Shown: positions 27,587-35,816 of the stretch, one piece after another | How positions within the stretch are numbered: the stretch's first letter is position 1 | Layout: each line of letters opens with the position of its first letter | IMG/VR virus record: IMGVR_UViG_3300031901_000001 | Coordinates: 3,303-67,302 of that record | Length of the DNA stretch: 64,000 nucleotides | Direction: 5' to 3' (one strand) | Origin: a virus | Taxonomy: Duplodnaviria > Caudoviricetes | Made by a program: the position numbers and the translations under genes | The notes under the pieces: model-generated | What the model saw: only the letters and a program-made list of their open reading frames with translations | Told to the model about the DNA's origin: nothing | The model's database searches: none

Positions 27587-27717
27587 GAGTCTTCCTACCG
27601 TCAACCTACACCTGCTTGCATGAGAAGCGTATCCGCCAAGCCTCAAAGGACGGCGATAACTTCCGTTGCGTGAAATGTGAAACCCGACTGGAGAACAATA
27701 ATGGGCCGCGCCTTTGA
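27571..27717 (+). CDS. Small putative Zn-ribbon protein (48 aa)
   Basis: SD GAGGAG; C.H..CVKC; translated by hand. Confidence 0.55.
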   Translation: MFRFLRVFLPSTYTCLHEKRIRQASKDGDNFRCVKCETRLENNNGPRL

Positions 27718-27844
27718 ATATGCTATCTTGATGGTCATGGTGGGTGTGTTTTTGCTCCTAGGTTCCACCTTCTTAAATGCTGCAGCCACGTCCATCAAGC
27801 AATCCGCCGCCATGATCGAAAGGGCATCGGCGAGAACAGAGTAG
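27701..27844 (+). CDS. Flp/Tad pilin-like peptide lacking a leader (47 aa)
   Basis: MGRAFEYAILMVMVGVFLLLGSTFLNAAATSIKQSAAMIERASARTE; SD GGAG 7 nt upstream; translated by hand. Confidence 0.65.
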   Translation: MGRAFEYAILMVMVGVFLLLGSTFLNAAATSIKQSAAMIERASARTE

Positions 27845-27873
27845 TTGTATGCGGTATGCCATCATCATATGAT
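27840..27873 (+). promoter_or_regulatory. Early promoter (TGCCAT class)
   Basis: AGTAG-TTGTAT-N6-TGCCAT-N5-TATGAT. Confidence 0.7.
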
Positions 27874-27917
27874 GTTTGTGTTGATGCAATGACGCACACA
27901 ACGCGAACGGAGTTACG

Positions 27918-28364
27918 ATGATGCCGCTTTCATTCCCGCTCATGATGTCTTATGATGACATCGCAAATCTCGAAGGAGCTGCCGATGCATTCGCATGGGA
28001 TGACTCTTACGATGACACGCTGCCCGAATACATCTCCGACTATTCTTCTGCCTTCCACAGCTGCGAGAAGCTCAAGCAATACCTTGAATGCATCGGCTAT
28101 CATGTCGAGTCTGCTCCTCACGGGAAAGTCTTGATCCTCAACGAAAACGCTTTGCACATGGCTGCTGCGTTGTTCGCTACCATTCAATACGAATACGACG
28201 CCACCGATCTTCCCGATTTGCCTCACCCCACAATCGCCGGCGCTACTCAACCTGCTACCTGGCAGCTCTTCGGCCTTGGGGGTGACGATGATGTCGACTA
28301 CTGCGGGACTCAGCCGTCATGTCTCACCGACCTGCTGCTCGCTCACCTCTCGAAGGAGGCATGA
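27918..28364 (+). CDS. Hypothetical acidic protein
   Basis: SD GGAG; follows promoter. Confidence 0.75.
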   Translation: MMPLSFPLMMSYDDIANLEGAADAFAWDDSYDDTLPEYISDYSSAFHSCEKLKQYLECIGYHVESAPHGKVLILNENALHMAAALFATIQYEYDATDLPDLPHPTIAGATQPATWQLFGLGGDDDVDYCGTQPSCLTDLLLAHLSKEA

Positions 28365-28846
28365 TCATGAAGCTTGAATATACCACAGATCAACATCAGC
28401 CATACTTCATGGAGATTATTCCCCCTTGGAGTGAAGACTTGATGTATATCATCGGTGAAGCCGCTGGCGGCGGTGATATGCAAGAGTTCGAGATCTGCCT
28501 TAACCACAATCAGTGGACTCAAGCGAAGCAGCTCAAAGTTGTGCGGCGGAAGGAGGGTGAGTCTGTCTTTGAGCACTGGGAGCGCACAGTCCTCGAGGCT
28601 CATGGCATCGTCTATGACGACTGGCTCAAGCACATTACTCAGAGGCAGCGCAACAAGAAGCTGCAAGAACATATGACGCAGCTCGAGACTATCATCGAGA
28701 ACTTGGAACGCTATCACGGAACTACGCTTGACATCGCTGAAGGAACTGTGACTGACGACGACCTGCAGAAGCTGACACGCGCCTTACAATCCTTGAGCGA
28801 AGGTGAAGACCTGCTCGATGATGTCTACTCCTCACACGGCGGTTAG
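28361..28846 (+). CDS. Hypothetical protein with C-terminal coiled coil
   Basis: SD AAGGAGG, coupled to upstream stop. Confidence 0.75.
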   Translation: MIMKLEYTTDQHQPYFMEIIPPWSEDLMYIIGEAAGGGDMQEFEICLNHNQWTQAKQLKVVRRKEGESVFEHWERTVLEAHGIVYDDWLKHITQRQRNKKLQEHMTQLETIIENLERYHGTTLDIAEGTVTDDDLQKLTRALQSLSEGEDLLDDVYSSHGG

Positions 28847-29424
28847 TCTTCATAGTCTAATATACCCCAGTCTGACGGCAGGGTCCAGGTGCTTTCTTTG
28901 TCTGCACCGAAGCCCTGCTGTACTTTTATGCAGCCAAGGGCATTCGCTGCTTTCCGGAATACTTCTGAATGTATATGCTTATACTTCTTTTTAAGCTTCT
29001 TCGGCGTTGTATAGCCCTGAGGTGATTTTATTATCTCCGTGATCAAGAGCTTTTCTGCCTGCTTGTAGTCTGTGGTGATTATATGATCACCATTACGGAC
29101 AAGATACTTGAACTCGACTGAGAGCTGTTTATTCATGTCCAATAGGATGTTCTCGTAGGTCCGTGTATGCTTGCTTCGGTACTTCGAAGCTTGTGTGTGC
29201 AGCTCTCGGTTAGATAAGATAGCATAATAGATCACGTAGGGCCAATACCACTCAGTCGGCGGTGTGTGATACCATCTTTTAATTATCGGCCTGGAGACTC
29301 CTAGCAAGCGGCACATTGGACTGATCTTGCCTTTACATAGTCGGTCTAGGGCTAAGAATGTAGCCTTAAAAGCTGTGATGTCTATCTGTGGAGATAATGC
29401 TTTCGATCGAGTCTTAGCGGACAT
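28843..29424 (-). CDS. DNA-binding protein: Cro-like HTH plus wHTH resembling the primase-helicase C-terminus
   Basis: MCRLLGVSRPIIKRW; FRKAANALG.IK..G...WTL vs IERAAKRMG.KVK..G..WTL. Confidence 0.7.
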   Translation of the reverse strand: MSAKTRSKALSPQIDITAFKATFLALDRLCKGKISPMCRLLGVSRPIIKRWYHTPPTEWYWPYVIYYAILSNRELHTQASKYRSKHTRTYENILLDMNKQLSVEFKYLVRNGDHIITTDYKQAEKLLITEIIKSPQGYTTPKKLKKKYKHIHSEVFRKAANALGCIKVQQGFGADKESTWTLPSDWGILDYED

Positions 29425-30238
29425 AACAGCACCGGGAGTGGTTATTAGGAATGAGTTTGAATGTGGGATGTTGGGAGTGTGGTGGGTGTGATGGAAATAG
29501 AGTGAGAGGAGTGATTAACATGTTGACGTAATCCCGTGTTAGAAGTTGCGCGAAGTTGTCGATATTTATTGGCGTTGTCCTTTATATACAAAACTGCGTA
29601 TTTTCACCCATCTGTAGAACTTACGCTTCGTGTATTGATAGCATGGAATGGTTAAGACATGCGAAAACGGTGCAAAGTATGATGGTTATAGCGTAGAAAT
29701 GCGATGTTGTCAATACCAGAAGCGTAAGTTAATAAAAAAGATAAAAAAATGAAGAATATGGTATATTCACGCGAGCAGGATTTGGTCAATGGATATGTAG
29801 ACAAGATGGATAAGGTGTAAGATACTCCAGTAATGGCAGCCCCGGAGCCATCGAGAGACCGTTTTGGGGCTTGATGTAATTACATTCTTACATGTAGTTT
29901 ATTGATGTCTTGATGGATATGGCCGTATCCGTCATGTCAATGCATGTAAAATTATGCCGCTGTGGGCAAGACAGGCTCAAGAGAAGACATGATATATCAT
30001 GACATCTGTATAGCTGTATGGGCTGTATAGGTTGGATATGGGTAGGTGGCAGCTTGTCTATCTGTGTAGGTGGGTAGGTCTATTAGTCCAGAGCTTTTTG
30101 CGGCTTGAGCAGACGAGTCGCGGGAGGCGACGACGGACGAGATGACATGATATATCATTACATTACGTGACAAGACATCATGATATATCATCACACCTGA
30201 AAAATGCGTCCGCATGAAAATAAATGTAATTACGTGTA
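29425..30238. other. Large non-coding region between divergent transcription units; candidate genome terminus/origin
   Basis: ~800 nt without credible ORF; A-tracts; three palindromes; followed by strong promoters. Confidence 0.55.
29988..30191. repeat. Three copies of the 12-bp palindrome ATGATATATCAT
   Basis: 29989-30000 (extends to CATGATATATCATG), 30147-30158, 30180-30191. Confidence 0.9.
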
Positions 30239-30266
30239 TTGACGTTGATGCATGATCGTGTATGAT
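30239..30266 (+). promoter_or_regulatory. Strong sigma70-like promoter
   Basis: TTGACG-N16-TATGAT with extended TG; a second TTGACA at 30301. Confidence 0.7.
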
Positions 30267-30378
30267 GATTTGCATGACGAACGCAATTGCATTCGTTTCT
30301 TTGACATTGTGAATATGCGATCATGTATCAATGAATACGCGCAATCACGCGCATATTCGTTGATAAGGATTACACGAC

Positions 30379-30795
30379 ATGACAAAGGTGAACATGCAAT
30401 CGAATGCGCGTGCACGCGATAACGTTTCGTCAAACGAAATGCGTAACAAGGCGCGCACGAAAACGATTGTTGAACCACGCAACATTGCGTTGAAAACAAT
30501 TCATGATGACATCATGCGCGATAATGCAAATGCGACAATCACGACGAAAAAAATGCGCGTTTGGTTACGCGCGAATGCACGTGATTTTGCACATGCGCAC
30601 AATGCATCATGGATGTTCACGCAACGTGAATATGATGTCGTTCGTTCGCAATTCGATGTGAAATATGCATCGAAAATCGAACGTGCATCGAAGCGCAACA
30701 CGCAATCGAATGACACGCCGAAAACGACGCGCAAGCGCAAAACGAACGTGAATGAAACGCCGAACGTCGAAACGCAAACGACAATCGACGCATAA
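30379..30795 (+). CDS. Early DNA-binding-like protein (HTH/W family) encoded in CY/RG-depleted DNA
   Basis: SD AAGGA; KKMRVWLR..SWMF; no Gly; Leu only TTG/TTA. Confidence 0.8.
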   Translation: MTKVNMQSNARARDNVSSNEMRNKARTKTIVEPRNIALKTIHDDIMRDNANATITTKKMRVWLRANARDFAHAHNASWMFTQREYDVVRSQFDVKYASKIERASKRNTQSNDTPKTTRKRKTNVNETPNVETQTTIDA

Positions 30796-30862
30796 CGCAC
30801 AACGAATACATGCATGAATTAACGTGCATGTATTCATTGATACATGATGAAAGGTGAAAACG

Positions 30863-31009
30863 ATGAATAATGTTAATGTTCGTTTCGACATGTCAGACGC
30901 ACACGTTCATGCGTTTGAACGCGAAATCGATCGTCGTGTCACGTTGTTTCAACGTCGTCGCGCAATCGCAATCGTCGCATCACGTTACGCATACCAAAGG
31001 AACGCATGA
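30863..31009 (+). CDS. Small early protein (48 aa)
   Basis: SD AAAGGTG; MNNVNVRFDMSDAHVHAFEREIDRRV...; translated by hand. Confidence 0.6.
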   Translation: MNNVNVRFDMSDAHVHAFEREIDRRVTLFQRRRAIAIVASRYAYQRNA

Positions 31010-31098
31010 TGATTATTGAACATCTGGAAATCAACGAATATGTGATATGCGTCATTGCAATCGCATACGTTGCGATACGATTTATCACACGTCGATGA
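31006..31098 (+). CDS. Small early membrane peptide (30 aa)
   Basis: SD AAGGA, ATGA overlap; YVICVIAIAYVAIRF followed by RR. Confidence 0.55.
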   Translation: MMIIEHLEINEYVICVIAIAYVAIRFITRR

Positions 31099-31262
31099 AT
31101 GAAAATGCATGATCGCATATTGACGATGAAATCTTTTCCGCATATGATTTCCGTGACCCGCCCCGTCCAAAATTCCAACGTCCATGCGTATCAGCAGTAC
31201 CAGCCCTCACCCGATAGAATTTGGGAATTAGGCTATCACGTAAATACGTGTAATCACCTCGG

Positions 31263-31291
31263 TTGACAAGCGCATTCCACCGCTATATTTT
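31263..31291 (+). promoter_or_regulatory. Sigma70-like promoter
   Basis: TTGACA-N17-TATTTT. Confidence 0.55.
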
Positions 31292-31339
31292 CAGCAACAC
31301 CGACGATAAGTTCGGGAACCGTCTAATAGGAGACGTTAT

Positions 31340-31861
31340 ATGCAACCCTACTCATATGCTATTGTTGGTCAGCAGTTCTTTTGGCAAGCCCAAAATGATA
31401 TGATCTCTATCACCGCTATTCCTACGGGGTGGTTGGTTGTTATGGCTGACCATGAATATGACTCCCTTACTCCCCAGAATACCATAATGATCCCGGATAA
31501 AGACCACCACCTTAATCCACGGGCTATTATTCCGGCAGGTTGGCAAGAAATCCTTGAAGACTGCACCGGCCATAAGACTGAGCACCAGGACATGGCCAAC
31601 CTCCTGTGGGATAAGGGTGGCCAAAGGTCCTTCGAAGATACCTACAAGGGTAAGTGGGCTTCTGTGGAGTCGGATGTCAGCGGTATACCTCTACTCCAGT
31701 CGATCTATGATGCTTTGCGACAGTGTAACTTCTCAGATGTCCATATTGCTGGCCCAAGGCCGTCGGGTGACTGCAGGGGCTTTTGGGTTAACCCCGCTAA
31801 GAAGGGCAAGAGCACCGGCAAGAAGCAGTTCCGTATTGTCATCCTTGAAGACAAGAACTGA
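31340..31861 (+). CDS. Hypothetical protein
   Basis: SD AGGAG. Confidence 0.75.
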   Translation: MQPYSYAIVGQQFFWQAQNDMISITAIPTGWLVVMADHEYDSLTPQNTIMIPDKDHHLNPRAIIPAGWQEILEDCTGHKTEHQDMANLLWDKGGQRSFEDTYKGKWASVESDVSGIPLLQSIYDALRQCNFSDVHIAGPRPSGDCRGFWVNPAKKGKSTGKKQFRIVILEDKN

Positions 31862-31872
31862 GGAGGTTTACT

Positions 31873-32424
31873 GTGAGATCAGTATCAGTACCAAGAGACC
31901 ATCTTGATGAAATCATAGCCAAGCTTCTATTCGAGTATAGGACGGTTCATCATATTACCCCGCTTACTCTTAGGCCCGACTCCTCCGGTGAGTATATTGT
32001 CACTCGATATCTCATATTCTATGAGGAAGCAGGACCAAGGGTTGAGTTAAAGCTACCTGAAGGCTATGAGTTTCCAAAGGAGATACTTGACAGTCTATCC
32101 CGTCAGACTTACCGTATGGTTCCTCTGGGTGATCCAGAAATCCGCACTAGACTAAAGCTACCGACTTGGTGGCCAGACAAGCTCATGACCTTTGAGGATG
32201 GTAACCCTAAGCCGGCACTAGATGGGGTGAGGTATGCCGGACTAAGGGACGATGATCGGTTCCTCTACAACCCGGAGTGCGTACTCTGTAATAATACAGG
32301 CAAGGTCTCAGGACTACCCTGCCCTGAGATGGGCTGCGTATGGACTCAGCTTAAACCTGTATGCTCAGTGGATGGCTGTCATAGGCGCCGAGACTGTGGA
32401 CCACACTGTAGGAATAGGAACTGA
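31873..32424 (+). CDS. Hypothetical protein with Cys-rich C-terminus
   Basis: SD GAGGAGG; several CxxC/CxxxC motifs. Confidence 0.7.
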   Translation: MRSVSVPRDHLDEIIAKLLFEYRTVHHITPLTLRPDSSGEYIVTRYLIFYEEAGPRVELKLPEGYEFPKEILDSLSRQTYRMVPLGDPEIRTRLKLPTWWPDKLMTFEDGNPKPALDGVRYAGLRDDDRFLYNPECVLCNNTGKVSGLPCPEMGCVWTQLKPVCSVDGCHRRRDCGPHCRNRN

Positions 32425-32426
32425 TC

Positions 32427-32693
32427 ATGACTGATCGTAAACTTTACTGGGAAAGTGACACTCTTCTCGACAAGCAACAACACCCACCGGGAACTCGGCT
32501 GATCCTGTCGATGAAGAGCACCAATCCTATCGACCCCTATGAGGTAGTCGTTGGAGAATGGGCGCCTAGCGGTCGTAGGGTGAAGCTTCGACATGAGGAC
32601 GGCAATAGCCGTTGGGTCGAGTGCTGGGACTATACTCCTGTGGTGATCGAGGTATTACCGGAGCCGTTTCAGCCAGTAGGTATTTCGAGGTGA
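32427..32693 (+). CDS. Hypothetical small beta-barrel-like protein
   Basis: SD AGGA; EWAPSG..VKL..W pattern. Confidence 0.7.
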   Translation: MTDRKLYWESDTLLDKQQHPPGTRLILSMKSTNPIDPYEVVVGEWAPSGRRVKLRHEDGNSRWVECWDYTPVVIEVLPEPFQPVGISR

Positions 32694-33034
32694 CTGAGCT
32701 CTACATGCCGAAGACAGTCTGGGTTATGAGTGAGAAGCCTACGGGAAGGTTTAGGACTTTCCAGCATCGCTCATGGCCTATGGCTTATTATCATCACAAG
32801 GAGGGGCCGCCTGCTGCGCGGCTCATTCCTGTTTGCGTAGAGCACAAGAGCTATGACCCATCACTTAAGGAAATCGCTCAGTTGCAACTCGGCGTTGCAG
32901 ACTACAGAGTAACCACACAGAGCTTCGTATGGCGGAAGCTTACAATGGCAGTGACGGGTTACTCCGCCGCAATCGACCTGTGGGAGAATTGGCTCTATAG
33001 CCATCTTGAAGATTGGAGGATACCATGTTTATAG
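32690..33034 (+). CDS. Hypothetical protein
   Basis: GTG start overlapping upstream stop. Confidence 0.65.
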   Translation: MTELYMPKTVWVMSEKPTGRFRTFQHRSWPMAYYHHKEGPPAARLIPVCVEHKSYDPSLKEIAQLQLGVADYRVTTQSFVWRKLTMAVTGYSAAIDLWENWLYSHLEDWRIPCL

Positions 33035-33198
33035 TTACTAGAGGACCGAGTACTCCCGAAGATGAAGGTCGAGTAACCTTCTGTGGGGTATTTTATACAA
33101 GGGAAAGAGCGGAAAGCTACATGAAAGATGAAGTACTGAGTAGTAAGGGTTACTTTGTTAAGAATGACTTCACTCTATGGCTTCCTGAAAAGGAGTAG
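33025..33198 (+). CDS. Hypothetical protein
   Basis: SD GGAGG; FCGVFYTRERAE motif. Confidence 0.65.
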   Translation: MFIVTRGPSTPEDEGRVTFCGVFYTRERAESYMKDEVLSSKGYFVKNDFTLWLPEKE

Positions 33199-33201
33199 AT
33201 C

Positions 33202-33327
33202 ATGAAGGATTTTGTGACAGGATGCGTTTGCTTTCTTCCTGGATTGCTTATTGTAGACCATTTTCCACACTTCGGAGCACTCGTTTGTTTTGCGGGTGGT
33301 TTAGTAGCAGCACATTTGAAGAAATAA
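33202..33327 (+). CDS. Small 2-TM membrane peptide
   Basis: SD AAGGAG; translated by hand, hydrophobic. Confidence 0.55.
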   Translation: MKDFVTGCVCFLPGLLIVDHFPHFGALVCFAGGLVAAHLKK

Positions 33328-33331
33328 AGAG

Positions 33332-33360
33332 TTGATTAACAGGCGATACTAGCGTAATAT
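33332..33360 (+). promoter_or_regulatory. Early promoter
   Basis: AGAG-TTGATT-N17-TAATAT. Confidence 0.55.
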
Positions 33361-33392
33361 GATCGTGTCATCACTGTAAAGGAACACATGAC

Positions 33393-33707
33393 ATGAAGGT
33401 TAAATTACTCGACACGGGCGAGAATGCTGTGGTACAAGCTCTCGTCGTCACGAACAACGACCCTGAGTTCATCTCACCCACCGCTATGGACATAGACCCT
33501 GATGGGTATGTCACGCTATTGCTCCAGGTCTGGGGTGAAGACAAGCCTCGAGAGTATAGCTTCCACCTCGATGAGATGAGCTTCAGCGTTCAACGCGGTG
33601 ACACGGTCCACGCTGACCATTACTTGCCCTCTAGTGGCAACTGGCCCCTACTCCCGCAAATCTATGAGAAGCTCGAAAAACAAAGGAACATGAAGAATGG
33701 CAAATGA
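33393..33707 (+). CDS. Hypothetical protein
   Basis: SD AAGGA. Confidence 0.7.
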   Translation: MKVKLLDTGENAVVQALVVTNNDPEFISPTAMDIDPDGYVTLLLQVWGEDKPREYSFHLDEMSFSVQRGDTVHADHYLPSSGNWPLLPQIYEKLEKQRNMKNGK

Positions 33708-33996
33708 AGAGACATGGCCCGATTGGGTGAGACGTCTAGGACAGGAGCGACAACAACTTCAGCACAAGATCGATGCACTCGAGGCCTGTGTGGTGGAGAG
33801 TCGCCTTCCTGACAGCACAGATATTGGGCGCATTCTGCTCACGCAGCAGCTGGTGTTCATGAAGTCCTACAAGACTATCCTGGACTTGCGTTGGGAACGG
33901 GCGATCATCAAGCGGGCTGAAGACGACTTGAATGAAGTCGAGCCCGGTATGGCAATACCGCCTGACAGCTCGGGCATGAGGGATAGCCATACATGA
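33697..33996 (+). CDS. Hypothetical coiled-coil protein (crAss001_48-like pattern)
   Basis: ERQQLQHKIDALEA..LLTQQLVFMKSY..IL..R. Confidence 0.7.
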   Translation: MANEETWPDWVRRLGQERQQLQHKIDALEACVVESRLPDSTDIGRILLTQQLVFMKSYKTILDLRWERAIIKRAEDDLNEVEPGMAIPPDSSGMRDSHT

Positions 33997-34202
33997 GGAT
34001 CAGGCTTCACAACAAGATGGGATACTTGGACTTTAATATCCCTGAGGATCGACAAGATGCCGTATCTCAAGCCGGTACCCTTCACTACATGGCTCGAGCC
34101 TACACCTTTCGAGGTTTAGCGGGAGGCAAGCTTCTCTATGACGAGGCCGGCCCTGCTGTGGTATTGAATGATGGATGGCTGGATCGGGAGGTGATACGAT
34201 GA
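33993..34202 (+). CDS. Hypothetical protein
   Basis: Coupled ATGA overlap. Confidence 0.6.
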   Translation: MRIRLHNKMGYLDFNIPEDRQDAVSQAGTLHYMARAYTFRGLAGGKLLYDEAGPAVVLNDGWLDREVIR

Positions 34203-34378
34203 AGTCAGCAATTATTCTTGGGGTCTTGTTCTTTGTTGCTTCATTGACATTGGATAGCGGTATCCTTAGCCCGAAACTTGTCCTAGCCATTATGACCCTT
34301 GTCTCATACTTTGTTGGGGATCAACGGTTATGACTGTCAAGATACTCAGGGCTATGCCAAAGAGTGGCAGCAATGCTA
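34199..34378 (+). CDS. Small 2-TM membrane protein
   Basis: SD GGAGG, ATGA overlap; translated by hand. Confidence 0.5.
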
Positions 34379-34599
34379 ATCCTGAAGATTGGCGTCCAAC
34401 GCCGCGGTGTGAGTCAACGGTGCAGATTGTTGGCGATCATGCTAAGTCTTGGCGTCAAGGCAGGTATGGCGAAAGCTGGAAACAATGTAGTCGTCCGTCG
34501 ACTGTGGAACTCAACGGCGTGAAGCTATGTCGTCGTCATGCCGGCGAGCGTTTGTTGGATGACATGATCGAAGGAAAACTCAACTACAAGGAGGGGTAA
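34330..34599 (+). CDS. Small C3H zinc-finger-like protein
   Basis: RC..QCSR..LCRRHA. Confidence 0.65.
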   Translation: MTVKILRAMPKSGSNANPEDWRPTPRCESTVQIVGDHAKSWRQGRYGESWKQCSRPSTVELNGVKLCRRHAGERLLDDMIEGKLNYKEG

Positions 34600-34881
34600 A
34601 TGGAATTGGGGGTTGTAATGATAGTGATTGGAGTCTTGCTTATGTGCTTGACTCTTTTCATATCGAACAGGGACTTGAAAGCCCGTGTCCATAAATTGGA
34701 TAGAAAGGTAAGTGAGCATTTCAACTGTCACCACAGGCAAGTCTATGATCGGTTACCCGACTATGAGGATCAAGGACCAGCCATGTGGATTGACAAGTAT
34801 CAACCATGGCCTACAAGGAGTATCCGCAATGATGATACCGCCCGTGATAAGGCGGGGACATCCTACAGAGCCTCAGCCTAA
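34600..34881 (+). CDS. Single-TM membrane protein
   Basis: SD GGAGG; N-terminal hydrophobic helix. Confidence 0.65.
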   Translation: MELGVVMIVIGVLLMCLTLFISNRDLKARVHKLDRKVSEHFNCHHRQVYDRLPDYEDQGPAMWIDKYQPWPTRSIRNDDTARDKAGTSYRASA

Positions 34882-35058
34882 CTGTATCGGATATGTCTGT
34901 CTCGTTCGAGGATGGGGCTGGATGATCCTTAATTGGACCCAAGTTCACGGCTTCCACGTAGAGACGATCCTTTATCCCGGCAGCAATGGCCTCGTGGACC
35001 AAACCTTTATCAAAACTGAAGACATCCTGTGCTGGATGCCGCAAGACGGGAGCTGACT

Positions 35059-35226
35059 ATGATTTACCTTATTGTTACCCTACTGACATATCACGGCGCA
35101 GCGATCACCTCTGTGCCTATGACCGACATGAGCGCCTGTATCAAAGCCGGCGAGATTATTAAGCGACAGCATAGTCGACAAGACCTAGTAAACATCAGCA
35201 TCGCTTATTCCTGCGTGAGGAGCTGA
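35059..35226 (+). CDS. Small secreted/membrane protein
   Basis: SD GGGAG; signal-like N-terminus; C..AG..C pair. Confidence 0.6.
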   Translation: MIYLIVTLLTYHGAAITSVPMTDMSACIKAGEIIKRQHSRQDLVNISIAYSCVRS

Positions 35227-35228
35227 CC

Positions 35229-35420
35229 ATGATTGACTTTAGTAAGTTACTTGAAGAAGACGCCAAGGGCATGTCGAGCAGCATTATCCAGCCGAGTGAG
35301 GAGCTCGCGTGTCTTTTGAGCATCGCTATCAGCACCAAACGGATTGCTGATACCTTGGGTCAACTTGTAGTCCACAGTCCTTACGGCAGGCCTCAACTAA
35401 ACACGGGTAACATTGACTGA
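35229..35420 (+). CDS. Hypothetical protein
   Basis: SD GAGGAG. Confidence 0.6.
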   Translation: MIDFSKLLEEDAKGMSSSIIQPSEELACLLSIAISTKRIADTLGQLVVHSPYGRPQLNTGNID

Positions 35421-35426
35421 GAAATA

Positions 35427-35460
35427 AGTAGTTGACGCTTATTTCCTTGTTGCATATGAT
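35427..35460 (+). promoter_or_regulatory. Early promoter
   Basis: AGTAG-TTGACG-N17-TATGAT. Confidence 0.75.
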
Positions 35461-35501
35461 GCACAGGTCAATCATGACATATTGAACAGGAGGTAAATCA
35501 A

Positions 35502-35681
35502 ATGGCGAAGGACAAGGGTGTTACCGTCAAGCTGACGAAGGACCGCGATACCAAGGGGACCTACGTCTACAAGACGGATGACCGCGAAGCAGCGATCCGT
35601 TCGCTCTACATCACGAAGTCGGCGGTCGATGATGCTCCCGAGGAAATCACCGTGACCATCGCCGGCATGTCGCCCGCCTGA
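35502..35681 (+). CDS. Small conserved-looking beta-rich protein (59 aa)
   Basis: SD AGGAGG; MAKDKGVTVKLTKDRDTKGTYVY...; strong codon bias; translated by hand. Confidence 0.75.
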   Translation: MAKDKGVTVKLTKDRDTKGTYVYKTDDREAAIRSLYITKSAVDDAPEEITVTIAGMSPA

Positions 35682-35815
35682 TGAAACCTAATTTTAAGGC
35701 ATACCCGGTCGAATGTCCCGTCTGTTCGGCTCAGCCGGGTATGCGTTGTCGTGAACTTGACGGGGACCATCAACACATTATGCGTAAGGGCCATAGGGCC
35801 CGTAAGGGGGACTGA
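35681..35815 (+). CDS. Small zinc-finger protein
   Basis: CPVCSAQPGMRC..H; paralogue of 36101-36328. Confidence 0.55.
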   Translation: MKPNFKAYPVECPVCSAQPGMRCRELDGDHQHIMRKGHRARKGD

Positions 35816-35816
35816 C

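Noticed and set aside
30241-31130. Simple Z-DNA/RY alternation or UV-dimer avoidance as the explanation
   Set aside because: AA, TT, GA and TC are abundant; only CC/CT/GG/AG are missing.
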